Shown here one piece after another: positions 46,504 through 58,328 of a DNA stretch of 64,000 nt (positions are counted from its first letter, which is position 1; every line of letters begins with the position of its first letter). The stretch lies in assembly GCA_040954595.2 (NCBI GenBank), contig CM082595.2, positions 8,166,317 to 8,230,316 on the forward strand. Direction: 5' to 3'. The stretch comes from Balanoglossus misakiensis. Taxonomy: Eukaryota; Animalia; Hemichordata. The position numbers were made by a program, and so were the translations under genes. The notes beneath the pieces were generated by a model. The model was given only the letters and a program-made list of their open reading frames with translations, did no database searches and was not told the DNA's origin.

Positions 46504-48395
46504 GTAAGGCTAGCCTTTTACCTGAAGGTGTCAACTGATGTTGGTTCGAGACCACTTTTTATTCTATTTCTTTTTTTTTTGAGAACTTTTAACGACATTA
46601 TCATTTTAATTTTTATCATTTTCATAAATCCAATTCATTTCAATATCTACGCTGCGTTTTTTATCTGTCGGGTATAAGAAATATGCACGGAAACTTGGTC
46701 ATTTTTTGTCGCAGTTCACTTGGGCAAGTCTAAATACGGAGTGCTCAGAAGAGAGAAAGATAAACTCGCTAAAACCGTGTCTTTCCGTCCGAATGACCAA
46801 TCAAGGAACGAAAAAGTCGTTATTTAGGCCGTAATAAAACGCTTTTGTTGCCGAGGAGTGAATTAAGAACGGTCAGATCGTTACGGTGCAGGGAACTCTT
46901 ATTTGCACCGCTGCGGTGCGGAGAACTCCTATTTGCACCGCTGCGTTGCAGGGAACTGGGAACTTCATTGGAGTTATGCTGCAATATAGTGCGGAACATT
47001 TCCGACTTTTTCGAGTACACATTGTGATTGCCAATGGTTCAGGAAGGCTAGCCTTTTACCTGAAGGTGTTAACTGATGTTGGTTCGAGACCACTTTTTTT
47101 TCTATTTTTTTTTTGTGAGAATTTTTAACGACATTATCAGTGTAATTTTTATCATTTTCATAAAGCCAATTCATTTCAATATCAACGCTGCGTTTTTTAT
47201 CTGTCGGGTAAAAGAAACATGCAGGGAAACATGGTCATATTTTTGTCGCGGTTCACTTTGGCAAGTCTGAATACGGAGTGCTCAGGAGAGAGAAAGATAA
47301 ACTCGCTAAAACTGTGTCTTTCCGTCCGCATGACCAACCAAGGAGCGAATAAGTCGTTATTAAGGCCGTAATAAAACGTTTTTGTCGCCGAGGAGTGAAT
47401 AAAGAACGGTCAGATCGTTGCGGTGCAGGTAACTCTTATTTGCACCACTGCGGTGCAGGGAACTCTTATTTGCACCGCTGCGGTGCAAATAAGATCATTG
47501 GAGTTATGCTGCAATATAGTGCGGAAAATTTCCTACTTTTTCGAGTACACATCGTGATGGCGAATGGTTCAGGAAGGCTACCCTTTTACCTGAAGGTGTC
47601 AACTGATGTTGGTTCGAGACCACTTTTTTATTTCTTTTTTTTGTGAGAATTTTTAACGACATTATTATTGTAATTTTTATCATTTTCATAAAGCCAATTC
47701 ATTTCAATATCAACGCTGCGTTTTTTATCTGTCAGGTAAATAAAACATGCAGGGAAACATGGTCATATTTTTGTCGCGCTTCACTTGGGCATGTCTGAAT
47801 ACGGAGTGCTCAGGAGAGAGAAAGATAAACTCGCTAAAACCGTGTCTTTCCGTCCGAATGACCAACCAAGGAACGAAAAAGTCGTTATTTAGGCCGTAAT
47901 AAAACGTTTTTGTCGCCGAGGAGTGAATAAAGATCGGTCAGATCGTTGCGGTGCAGGGAACTCTTATTTGCACCGCTGCGGTGCAAATAAGATCATTGGA
48001 GTTATGCTGCAATATAGTGCGGAAAATTTCCGACTTTTTCGAGTACACATCGTGATGGCGAATGGTTCAGGAAGGCTACCCTTTTACCTGAAGGTGTCAA
48101 CTGATGTTGGTTCGAGACCACTTTTTTATTTCTTTTTTTTTTGTGAGAATTTTTAACGACATTATTATTGTAATTTTTATCATTTTCATAAAGCCAATTC
48201 ATTTCAATATCAACGCTGCGTTTTTATCTGTCGGGTAAATAAAACATGCAGGGAAACATGGTCATATTTTTGTCGCGCTTCACTTTGGCAAGTCTGAATA
48301 CGGAGTGCTCAGGAGAGAGAAAGATAAACTCGCTAAAACCGTGTCTTTCCGTCCGAATGACCAACCAAGGAGCGAAAAAGTCGTTATTTAGGCCG
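46504..48395 (-). repeat. ~530-bp tandem repeat, block E (about 3.5 monomers; same orientation as C)
   Basis: 528-bp spacing (47395 vs 47923); cut by the BEL LTR at 48396. Confidence 0.93.
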
Positions 48396-49384
48396 TGTAG
48401 CGGCACACAAACAGACTTCCTTTTATGGTCAACTATATAGTCTGCTGCGCACTGCTTGGGGTAAACAGTCAGGGTAGATCTCTCCGCAATGCGTCGCTCT
48501 TTAACAAATCACTGCTAGTGTCAAATTCTTTGTCACAGGGTTTATTCGACACTATACATAGACGTGGAACGGTAAACTTAAAGACGTGGAACGTAGAACG
48601 ATTGACTGAAAATAAAATAAAATAATACACTACATAAGTATTTGTCACTGTTACACAACTCGAGGATTCAAAGGTCAAGTTTACCACCTTGAACCATGGC
48701 CTCTTATGTATGGCGCCCTCTAGAGGCAAGAAGCATGCACTTGCCCCTTCTAAAGTACTTTGCATTCCAAAGCCTAATTAATTATGCATAAAGCACTTTC
48801 AAACAGAAGAAACTCTAAATCTATAAAATACATCACTGAAGTCAAAAAGCAACTTGTGTCCGATGAACTGTCTAAATCAGAGTCCGTGGAAAGTCTCTTG
48901 GTATGAAATATGATGTGTAAAACTGATTTGAAAATTGCCACATGCCATCTCTGCCAGGAGAGAATGGCCAACTTGTGTGGTACTCACAGTCCACGAATAA
49001 AACTTGATTTCTACAGAATATTTTGGCTCGAAAATAGGCTTACCAGAATTATGTGACCTCCTGGCTGTTAGACCATCAAAACAATACAATTCATGGACTG
49101 GTCCGTCCCCTTTTGAGTGTGTTAGAAGCACAAAACCGACACTCTCTCTTCAGCACAATGCTTGCTCTTTGAAAACCCATGTGCTTCTGAAACCTAGTAC
49201 TTACACTTGACTGAAGTTGAACTTTGATATGGTATTACGTAATGGGGGTAATGCCCTTGACAGGAAGTATGAGTCACCGTTATACAAGTGCCTTGACCTA
49301 GTGTCGATACTAAGCAAATTTAAGTCAAACAGAAACCATAGGAATAAAACTGCTACTTTAAGCTAATTATTTTTGGCCGTAACA
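48396..49384 (-). repeat. BEL/Pao 3' LTR (989 bp)
   Basis: Termini TGTTACGGC and GCCGCTACA on the minus strand, directly after the PPT. Confidence 0.8.
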
Positions 49385-52300
49385 TTCCGGTCCCCTAATT
49401 GTAAGGAAATGCTTTCTGAGCAATTACAAAACTAGTAATAGGTCCAAAAATTGTCAAACATACACTACAGACTGAATGTCCTGCACATGGCGCGCTTGCC
49501 TGGCGCGCTCAGTGGCTTGCTGCGCGCGCCAGGGGGCTCGGTCCCTCCGGGCCCAGCAGGACCATGGGCCCGCAGGGCTTGCTAATTAAATGTGTTTGGT
49601 GGGCCCGCATTCGGGCCCACCGGGCCCAGCTAGCCCATGGGCCCGCTGCGCTTGCTGTGTTTGGCGGGCCCGAATGAACACATGAGAAGTCTGTCAGTCT
49701 TAGAATGAGAAGAGGGCATGTTTGAGAATTCTGGAGTTAAGAATTGGGCTAGCATGTCACCCGTCGGAATAAATTAGACCATGATTAGACGTTTCGTGTG
49801 TGTCTGCACATGGACGTAAAAAGAGATGGTCTGCATGTGTCCGAGATGTAATCAATGTGTCATGGTTTACCACGACAAATTCTAGCTCAGTCTTCTTGAT
49901 CGGGCCTAGATTGATCATTGCAACCTAATCATCAAAGTTAGCAAACATGTAAGATCGTTCGCGTTTGCCCGAGGTTCTACCTCCATTATTCGATCGGACT
50001 GTGACTCGATCTCTCTTCGTGATGTGATGTCGTCGATCGACGCCATGTTTGTTTTAATACATGATTGTACAATCGCGCGTAGCTATGGTCTAACGCAGGG
50101 ACTCTCTACCTGTTTCATCGCCTGATAAATTAGATGGATATTCTCAAAACAATATAATGTATATTGTGTTCTGATTGCATTCTTCGTGTATCAAACTTTT
50201 ATTTTATTGATTTCCTTTTGTTGTCAGCCACATGCGATTAGCCTTGCCAATAAACAGTCGTGTTTACTCGGTAAACAAGTGGAATCACAGACTTGCCTCA
50301 AAAACAAGAGTAGCAGGTGTAGTTCCTCTCCGTCCCACCTCCATGTAACAACATACAATCCGCATCAAACAAGCACTCCTGAATAACTATGAAATGTCTA
50401 GCTTGTGCTCATTCTGTCAAACTATTGCAAAGACTCCAGCCATATTCAATGCCAGTTTAAGTAGATCTTAAACTCACCGTCAGTGAGTTAGATACAGGTG
50501 CACACATACATGTATGACATTATTGTGAAGTAACATTTCTTTTTTATTTTAGAACATGCGAAAAATAATAGGAACAAGTCACATCAGAGTAGAATAAAAA
50601 TGTCCTCAAGTACAAAAAAACAGCAAAACGGGAAAATGCATCGATGTCGGAACTACTAAAGTCGAGAATCAGCTCTGAACTTATTCGGTAATCTAGTGCT
50701 TGGGGCGGAAACTTTAATGCAGAACACACTCTCTCGATATGCAAATATAACTTATTGAAACTCGTTGCCACATGAACAAATGACCAGGAACCATCGACGC
50801 GGCACAGTCTATATATACTGTACATGTACACTGAGAAGCCATAGAGACGTGCATGTTCAAATATAGACCTTCTGAATAATGATCCATCGAGCAACAACAA
50901 CAAAAAGGAAAAGATCCTTTGTACTTTAAATACGACCGAACTTTGCGAGGATTATCTGTTTGTCAATACGGTAACAGGTCGTTTCGGCCCAAAAGATTTT
51001 CGATCCCAATCGTTTCGGCCCCCAATTTTCACGACCCCGGTCTGTTCGGCCCCAACACCCCAGTCGTTTCGGTGCTTATCGGTAATGGCCCAACCTGACT
51101 CATTGTTGCCTAGTTCAGTAAAGGGGCGATGTCAGTGGGACTGGCAGTGAGGGGAGACGGTGCATGTTCTCGTTTGTGGTACCGTGTGTTTTGAAATACA
51201 GGAGTCGACAAATGTGACGTGTAATAATTTGTACACAATTTTCTTTACCCCAATACAAAAATGCCTATCAGCACAGAAAAAACAACAAAGCAACGCCATT
51301 ATCGTTAACACCTAATTGTTTCTCCCAATTTGAAGTGGTCTCTTTCGAAGATAAAGGATTCGTCATGAGAGTTACTCATTGTACAAACTGACCACCTGTC
51401 AGACATTGTGGATTTTCCTTATATTTCTGCTTTCTATCCGAGTTACTACCTGTCACCTGTCAGACATTGTGGATTTTCTGCTTTCTATCCGAGTGCAGAG
51501 CGGGAAAACCCGCTGAGGCTATACCGCTGTCAGAAGAAACAGCGAGGGCTTCGAACGTACTTTTATTTTTCACACTTAAATCACTGCTCGTAAATTAATG
51601 CATCAAAAGTAAAAGTTTCCTTTTCCCTTTTAAATTTAAAAGTATATATGGCCTATGTCACGATCAAAATTGCGATTGTGTTTATAACTAGCATAGCTGC
51701 AATAATTAGAGTGATGGGTAGCTATTTTCGCTTGGTTGAATCACGGTCACTCCACAAGGGTCGCGGACGTAGTCAGATTTATGGACGAAAAAGTCAGAAC
51801 AATCAAGACCGAGAGTATACTGCGAGCAGTCATACGCATTGATACTCATATGAAATCAACAATGAAGAATAATCTGCATAATAGGAAAAAGAAAGCCTAC
51901 TGGTGACTAGCCTGCATATTAGTAAATCACAGGTGTTAATGGGGTGGGCCCCGGGAGGTAGCCTTTGGTCAGTAGGATCGTACCGGCTACCCCATAAATG
52001 TATTTTTCACTAATTTGTGCGATCAAGTTTTTCTCCTCAACACGATCTCCAAAACTATAGAGTCTATTGCAGATTCAAAATCATATCCAGGGAATCCACA
52101 GATCGCGATTCGTGTTTTCTTGTGTTTATATTTAGCTGGAATAATTGTAATGGCACCGTGTCGCTGTTTTTGGTGTAGATGCCCGCACACTTACATGCAA
52201 TGGACCGCAGTTACGTTGCGCGGTCGTGATGTAAATTTAGGAAATAGTGATACACTGCATCTATTAAAGCTTATCTTTGTTCCAGAGTAAAAATCTACCC

Positions 52301-52808
52301 GCTTTCTCTGTACTGTATCTCCCAGCGTCCACGGGTGTTACATGTTTATGCTCGGCCAGCCACGTTCTTCAGGTTGTTATCACCTTTTTGTTCGTCAGTA
52401 CTTCAAAATAAAATATGTGTGAACTCAATGAACAAAAACTTCTGAAGTCAGTACATTTTTGTCTGTGGTTTGTTTTAAAAATACAATTTGATGCGCCGGT
52501 CACTAGGACCCTAGGGTCATAGTTCTGAGTGTCAGGCTCATGAAAACAAGAACAATCTATGACTCAAATATTAGATACATACTAGTATTGTAAGTTGCGT
52601 CTTACAAAGCACAATAATGTGACTTCATCCATTTCCCAAACAGAGAAACTAAGACAAATCAGTCAGAGTATCGACCACACTGTTGTCTGTGATCGACAAC
52701 ACGTATACGCGCGTCCGTTCACCGCGACAATAATGTGTGTAACGATCGTTCAATTCATTCGATCAGGCACTATGAACATGCCCGCGCCGATTCCACCAGC
52801 CGCCCACC

Positions 52809-53655
52809 TTGTCACCAACACCACTCCCACCACGCCCAGCCGCTGATATTACACCACCGTTCCAAACTACACTACAGCCGGCAGCACAGCCGATTCTCAC
52901 GTCTCTGCAGACAACGGGGATGATTGAGACTACTCCGCCTCCACTATGGTTCCCTCCTATCACCAGGGATGTTCTCATACCAGAATCATATATAGACCGG
53001 TGTAAGGTCGTAAGTTGCTCTATAGGCAACTTTGCCAAGAACCTTGTGTTTATGGTTTATTCGCCGAGTGAACGCGCCGGACGTAATTGCACAGGGCGTG
53101 TGTTTGGGGGTACCAAACAGAAATTGAAGTTAAGTCCCTGAAGGCTTAAGAAAGTTGAAGGAGCAACTTTCCGAAAATATTTTAGAAATAATGGACTCCG
53201 CCCTGACCATTAACGTTTGTTTATGGGCAAGGGCGAGGGGAAAGCCAAAAATTCATGGGCTCGGAAGCCTCGCCCATGAATTTTGGCTTTCCTCGAGCCC
53301 GCGCCCATAAACAAACGTTTATGGTCAGGGCGGAGTCGGTTATTTCCATTATATTACCAACAAAATCAAGAAAACCGTCAAAATTTACGAAAATGTCCCA
53401 CTAGGGGCCCCGGAACTTGTGTTACGCAAAATTTTGTATTCACTGAACTGTTTGCTAATATTACTATTCAGATTTACGGGGATGTAAACAAACCATTACT
53501 GAGTATTTGTGGTCAGTGACGTCGTTCATCTCGACCAATTAAAATGCGACGCACAAGCCATGGTAATATTATCCCACGATTTTCCGCGATCCGCCGAGCG
53601 CGACGTGTGGTCAAAACAGTGCATCAAGTCAATCGATAAAGCTCTCCGCCGTTTA
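52809..53655 (+). pseudogene. BEN-domain protein remnant inside the CACTA element
   Basis: SIGNFAKNLVFMVYSPSERAGRNCTG...KLKLSP*RLKKV...KY, then after the insertion VWSKQCIKSIDKALRR, matching the BEN pattern. Contains a stop, an insertion and a frameshift. Confidence 0.68.
53182..53570. mobile_element. Short hairpin-bearing insertion (Crypton-like non-autonomous element)
   Basis: AATATT direct repeats at 53176-53181 and 53565-53570; ~65-bp inverted arms at ~53193-53259 and ~53273-53337. Confidence 0.6.
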
Positions 53656-54850
53656 TGTTTTTTTTTTTTTTTTCGGGGGGGGGGGGGGGGGGGGCTTTAT
53701 CAGCATGTTTGTCGGATTGTCATTCTCTCGTTCAGAAAGGAAATGTTCCCTTGCATTTGTACAACTAATGTAGTGTAATTGTGTTTTAACATGGAGGTAC
53801 TATGGTTTTAAATGCTTAAAAAAGAAAACTAACACTGACAACGGACACATTTTGTTCGTAGTGAATTAAACGCCCCTCCCTGAATGTCTAGTCTGAAATA
53901 AAACTTATGTTGAGAAGGAGAGTTGTACATTGATTAACGTTTTCAACGGTGTAGTACTGGTGTAGCAACGATTCAGATACGACTCCGACGGAGAATGCTT
54001 TTCGCCTGTGCTGCGCCGGTGTTAATTTTCGACAGCGATGACGGGTGGTTCAGATCCAGACCGAAGCAAATATACAGTGAGAACGCAAAGCACAACCCTG
54101 TCGTGACTTTTGATTATGTTTATCTAGGTAACCTATTGTCTTGGGTCAGTTTCCATTGTTGAGTCAATCACACTGGACGCGAGTGGTTTTCTAACCACTC
54201 GTGGTTAGCCGGGTCTGCAACATTTCTGTCCGCCACCAACTTTAATTTAGGTTCTTTTGATCGCCGAAAAGACGAGGCGTTTTCGATGTGTGGATTAACA
54301 TCCGGTACTTCTAAACGATATCAAAACGGTCATGAAGAAGACGACAAAGTCGTCTAGAACGCATATCCAGGTACATATAGAAACTGAGATATGTTGCAAT
54401 TACATGTCGTCGACGTCCTCATTTTTTGTTAGTTGCCGTGTTCCTAAACATTGCCATTTAGACGGCGTTGATCTTAATATGTCCGTTTAGAGTGTGGACG
54501 CACACAGATTCTGCGGGCTAATCCCCTGTTAGCAAGAAACACGAAGTGCTAGCGTGGGCCTACGCGTTCCCTACACATAATGAAGCCCATAGACAAGGAG
54601 CAAGTCTAGCGCGCCAGGTAAACAAGCGCGCTTCCTGTGACCGGGCTGGCCATGCAAGCCAGGTAGCTCATGAATATTCAGGATTCAAGCCTGGCGCGCT
54701 CAGCAAACACGCTCACCGGGCCTGGCGAGCCAGGCGAGCCACCTGGCTTGCTGCGTTCAGGAGCAGGCGCGCCAGGTAGAACAGGACATTCAGTCTGTAG
54801 TGTATATTGTCATTGCCACTTAGCTGCATGTGTCCACTTTTCAGTCGTTT

Positions 54851-57800
54851 CTATACCCCATCAGCTTCCAACAGCACACACAATTTGTCCACTGGTCGAT
54901 CCAGGGTCGATGTTTTGGTCTTCACCGTTGCAACACGCACAAATCCCTTCTTGTCTCTTTTCACATCGATGACCACTCCTAGGGGCCAGGAATTTCTTGG
55001 TGCAGAGTTGTCCACAATCAAGACCACGTCCCCCACGGTGAGATTTCTCCTGGGTTTGAGCCACTTCTGCCTTTCCTGCAGCAGGGGGAGATATTCTTTA
55101 ACCCATCTCTTCCAAAATATGTCTGCCAGGTACTGTACTTGGCGCCACCTGCGACGAGCGTAGTTGTCGTTCTTGCAAAATATACCAGGTGGTAGATTCT
55201 GTGTGGGCTGCAACATCAGTAGATGATTCGGTGTGAGAACTTCAAGATCATTCGGATCATCAGATAGCTTGGTGATGGGGCGACTGTTGATAATGGCTTC
55301 AACTTCACAGAACAACGTCTGCAGCGCTTCATCATCTAAACGAATAGCCTGTTCTTTCATCAAGGAGAACAATATCTTCCGTATGGTTCTGATCTGACGT
55401 TCCCATATTCCTCCGAAGTGAGATGCCGCTGGGGGGTTGAACTCCCACTTCACACTGTGTTGATATAGGGCTTCAGATATTTTGTGGTGATTCCACTTCT
55501 CAATTTCTTCGTGTAGTTCACGATTGGCACCGACGAAATTGGTTCCGTTGTCAGATCTGATCACTTTCACTTGTCCTCTTCTTGCTGTAAATCGTCGAAG
55601 GCTGTTGATGCATGAGTCTGTATCTAGCGAGTGTGCCACTTCGAGATGTACAGCCCGTGTCGCCAAACAAGTAAAGATCACTCCATACCTCTTCACAGTG
55701 CTGCGACCACGCTTGACTTCCAACGGGCCGAAGTAGTCTACACCTGTTCTCGTGAATGGTGCTTCTTCTGGTGTGATGCGGTCTGCCGGCAGGTCTGCCA
55801 TTTTCTGCTCACCGACCTTCGCTCTGTATCTTCGACAGATCACGCATTTTGCTATAATGCTACGGACTGCAGTGTTTGCTCGCAGGATCCAAAACTTCTC
55901 CCTTAGTCTCGCCAACATTGAGTTTCTTCCCATATGTCCGACCGCACGATGTATCTCTTCTCAGATGAGTCTCGATACTGGAGTGTCCCTTGGGAGGACC
56001 ATTGGGTGCTTGCTTTCTTCTGGTAGTGACGCTCGCTCAAGACGTCCGCCAACACGTATTATCCCATCTTTCAGCATCGGATCCAGCTTGTAAAGCGGGC
56101 TGGATTTCTTCACTTCTTCACCTTTCTGTAGGGCGGTGACTTCTTCCGGGAAGTGACAATGTTGTGTGTAGCGTATAATCGCCTTCTCTGCTTCTTGTAA
56201 CATTTCGAATGGGAGTGCTGGAATTTCACTTTCCTCCTTACTTCCCCTCTTTCTCATCTTTTCTTTGCTGAGCTCTTCTTTACCTTTCGTCTCAGGTTCT
56301 TCATCGAGATTTTCTCTCAGCATCCTTTTCTGTTGAACTAATCTTCTTAGCTTTTCCTTCGCCAAAAGAATCCATCCCACTGTCTTCTTGAGTTTCTTCC
56401 AGACGGAAACACGTGATATGATGTCATCAATCACCAGTGTGGATGTGTCTGCTATTACGGCGTTTATCTGTTTCTTGACCTCTGGGTCATCCTCCGGTAT
56501 AATCTTCAATACCGATTGTTGTGTAGGCCATTCATTCTCCGGTCCCCATAGGAACGCTGGGCCTTCTATCCATCTCTTGTTTCGGAGAAACTGGTGTACA
56601 GTCAGCCCTCTGGAAGCATCGTCAGCCGGGTTAGACTGTGTGTTTACGTACTTCCATTGGTGCATTTCCGAACCTTCACGAATTATGTTGATTCGATTTG
56701 AAACAAAGGTGTGGAAACGGGTGGTCTCGTTGGCGATGTATCTCAGTACTGACATGCTGTCTGTACAGAAATATACCGCATCTATACGCTGATCCAACTC
56801 CCTCTCCAACAACTTGTTCATTCTGACTGCCACGGTAGCTGCCATCAATTCCAAACGAGGAATGGTGGTCTTCTTGAGTGGTGCCACTCTGGCTTTTCCC
56901 ATCAGTAGAGCGCAGTGAATTTCTCTGTCTTCATTCATCAGGCGAACATAGGACGCAGTTCCATACCCATGCTGACTTGCATCGGAAAAATGATGTACTT
57001 CACACCGCTTCACCTCTCCAAAATCAGCCGGCTTGAAGCATCTATCTACTGACAGTTCTTCTAGTTGTGGGAGATCGGTTAGCCATTGTCGCCATCTCTT
57101 CTGATCTCCTTGACTGATCGTCTGGTCCCATCCGAGATTTCGGTGGCACAGATCCTGTAGTAATATTCTCGCTGGCAGTATGAACGGTGATGCTAATCCC
57201 AGCGGATCGTAGACCGAACTGACGACTGATAATATGCCCCTTCTGCTTACAGGTCTGTCTTGGATGTCTATTTTAAATCCCAGAGTGTCTGGTTCGACCG
57301 ACCAATACACCCCTAGAGCACATTCGGTTGGCAGGTCATCATAGTCGAGCTTCAGTTGCTTAACTTCTTTGCCTCTTTCTTGTACGGGAATAGATTCCAA
57401 GACCTCACGACTGCTACTGATCCACTTCGTCAGACGAAAGCCTCCCATCTGGCAAGCTGCTGTCAGTTCTTGTGCTAACTTCATAGCTTCGGGCACACTA
57501 CTCACTGACTTGAGACAGTTGTCCACGTAGAAATTTCTCATAATGGTGTCGATGACTTCAGTATTGAATCTGTGGCTGTTGTCTTGAGCAGTTCTGTGTA
57601 GGGCTGTATTCGCACAACTTGGAGATGATACTGCTCCAAATAGATGAACCCGCATTTGGTAGACTTCTGGCTGGCTGTTAATGTTTCCCTCAGGCCACCA
57701 ATAGAAGCGTAGACAATCACTGTCTTCTTTGGGCACCTGTACTTGGTGAAACATTGCTTCTATGTCTGCCATCAGCGCTACTGGTTCCTGACGAAATCGC

Positions 57801-58321
57801 AACAGCACACCGACAAGATTGTTAGTCAGATCCGGCCCTTGTAATAATAGGTCATTGAGAGATATCCCCTGGAACTTCGCCGAACAGTCAAAGACAACAC
57901 GGATCTTCTCTGGCTTCTTTGGGTGATAGACTCCGTGATGAGGTATATACCATATCCTCCCATCGTCTTGCTGTGGCCTCTCTTGCTGAACTTTGACAGC
58001 GTAGCCCTAGTCAATTATATCTGACATGAACTTCTTATAGTCCTCCCGGAACTTGGGATTTCTTCTGAATTTCCTCTCAAGTGACTTCAGGCGATTCAGA
58101 GCATACTGCTCATTGTTGGGTAGTCTGACTTCTTCACTACGAAATGGTAATCCAATTTCGTAATGTCCATCTTTGAGTTTGATTGACTTGTTCACTTCAT
58201 TCAGGAACTTCTTGTCCTCCTGTGAATGCTCTCTTTTATCATCAATGACTCGTTCTGGAAAATCCAAATTGATTGCGTGTCGCACTAACTGGTCTAATTT
58301 CTTCAGACCTTCCGCCAACAC
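54851..58321 (-). pseudogene. pol: BEL/Pao Pol (RT, RNase H, integrase), inactivated
   Basis: YIPHHGV, RVVFDC, GPDL, ADIEAMF, YVDN (catalytic D to N), FSDAS, TIPRLEL, NPADDASRG, GVDYFGP, SDNGTNF. Stop at 58007 and frameshift near 55950. Confidence 0.93.
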
Positions 58322-58328
58322 GTTACAT

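Larger units (their letters stand above)
49463..54802. mobile_element. EnSpm/CACTA non-autonomous element (5.3 kb)
   Basis: Perfect 21-bp TIR CACTACAGACTGAATGTCCTG; TA on both flanks; GC-rich subterminal GGCGCGC/GGGCCC repeats; inserted between the BEL stop codon and PPT. Confidence 0.88.
48396..58328 (-). mobile_element. BEL/Pao LTR retrotransposon, 3' part, interrupted by a CACTA element and cut at 58329
   Basis: 3' LTR 48396-49384 with TGT...ACA termini; PPT ATTAGGGGACCGGAA (minus strand) at ~49385-49400; pol motifs. Confidence 0.92.

Noticed and set aside
47551-47629. Canonical tRNA gene in the 530-bp monomer
   Set aside because: A/B-box-like motifs are present, but no acceptor stem or clear anticodon arm can be formed. 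It is not recognisable as 5S rRNA or a U snRNA either.
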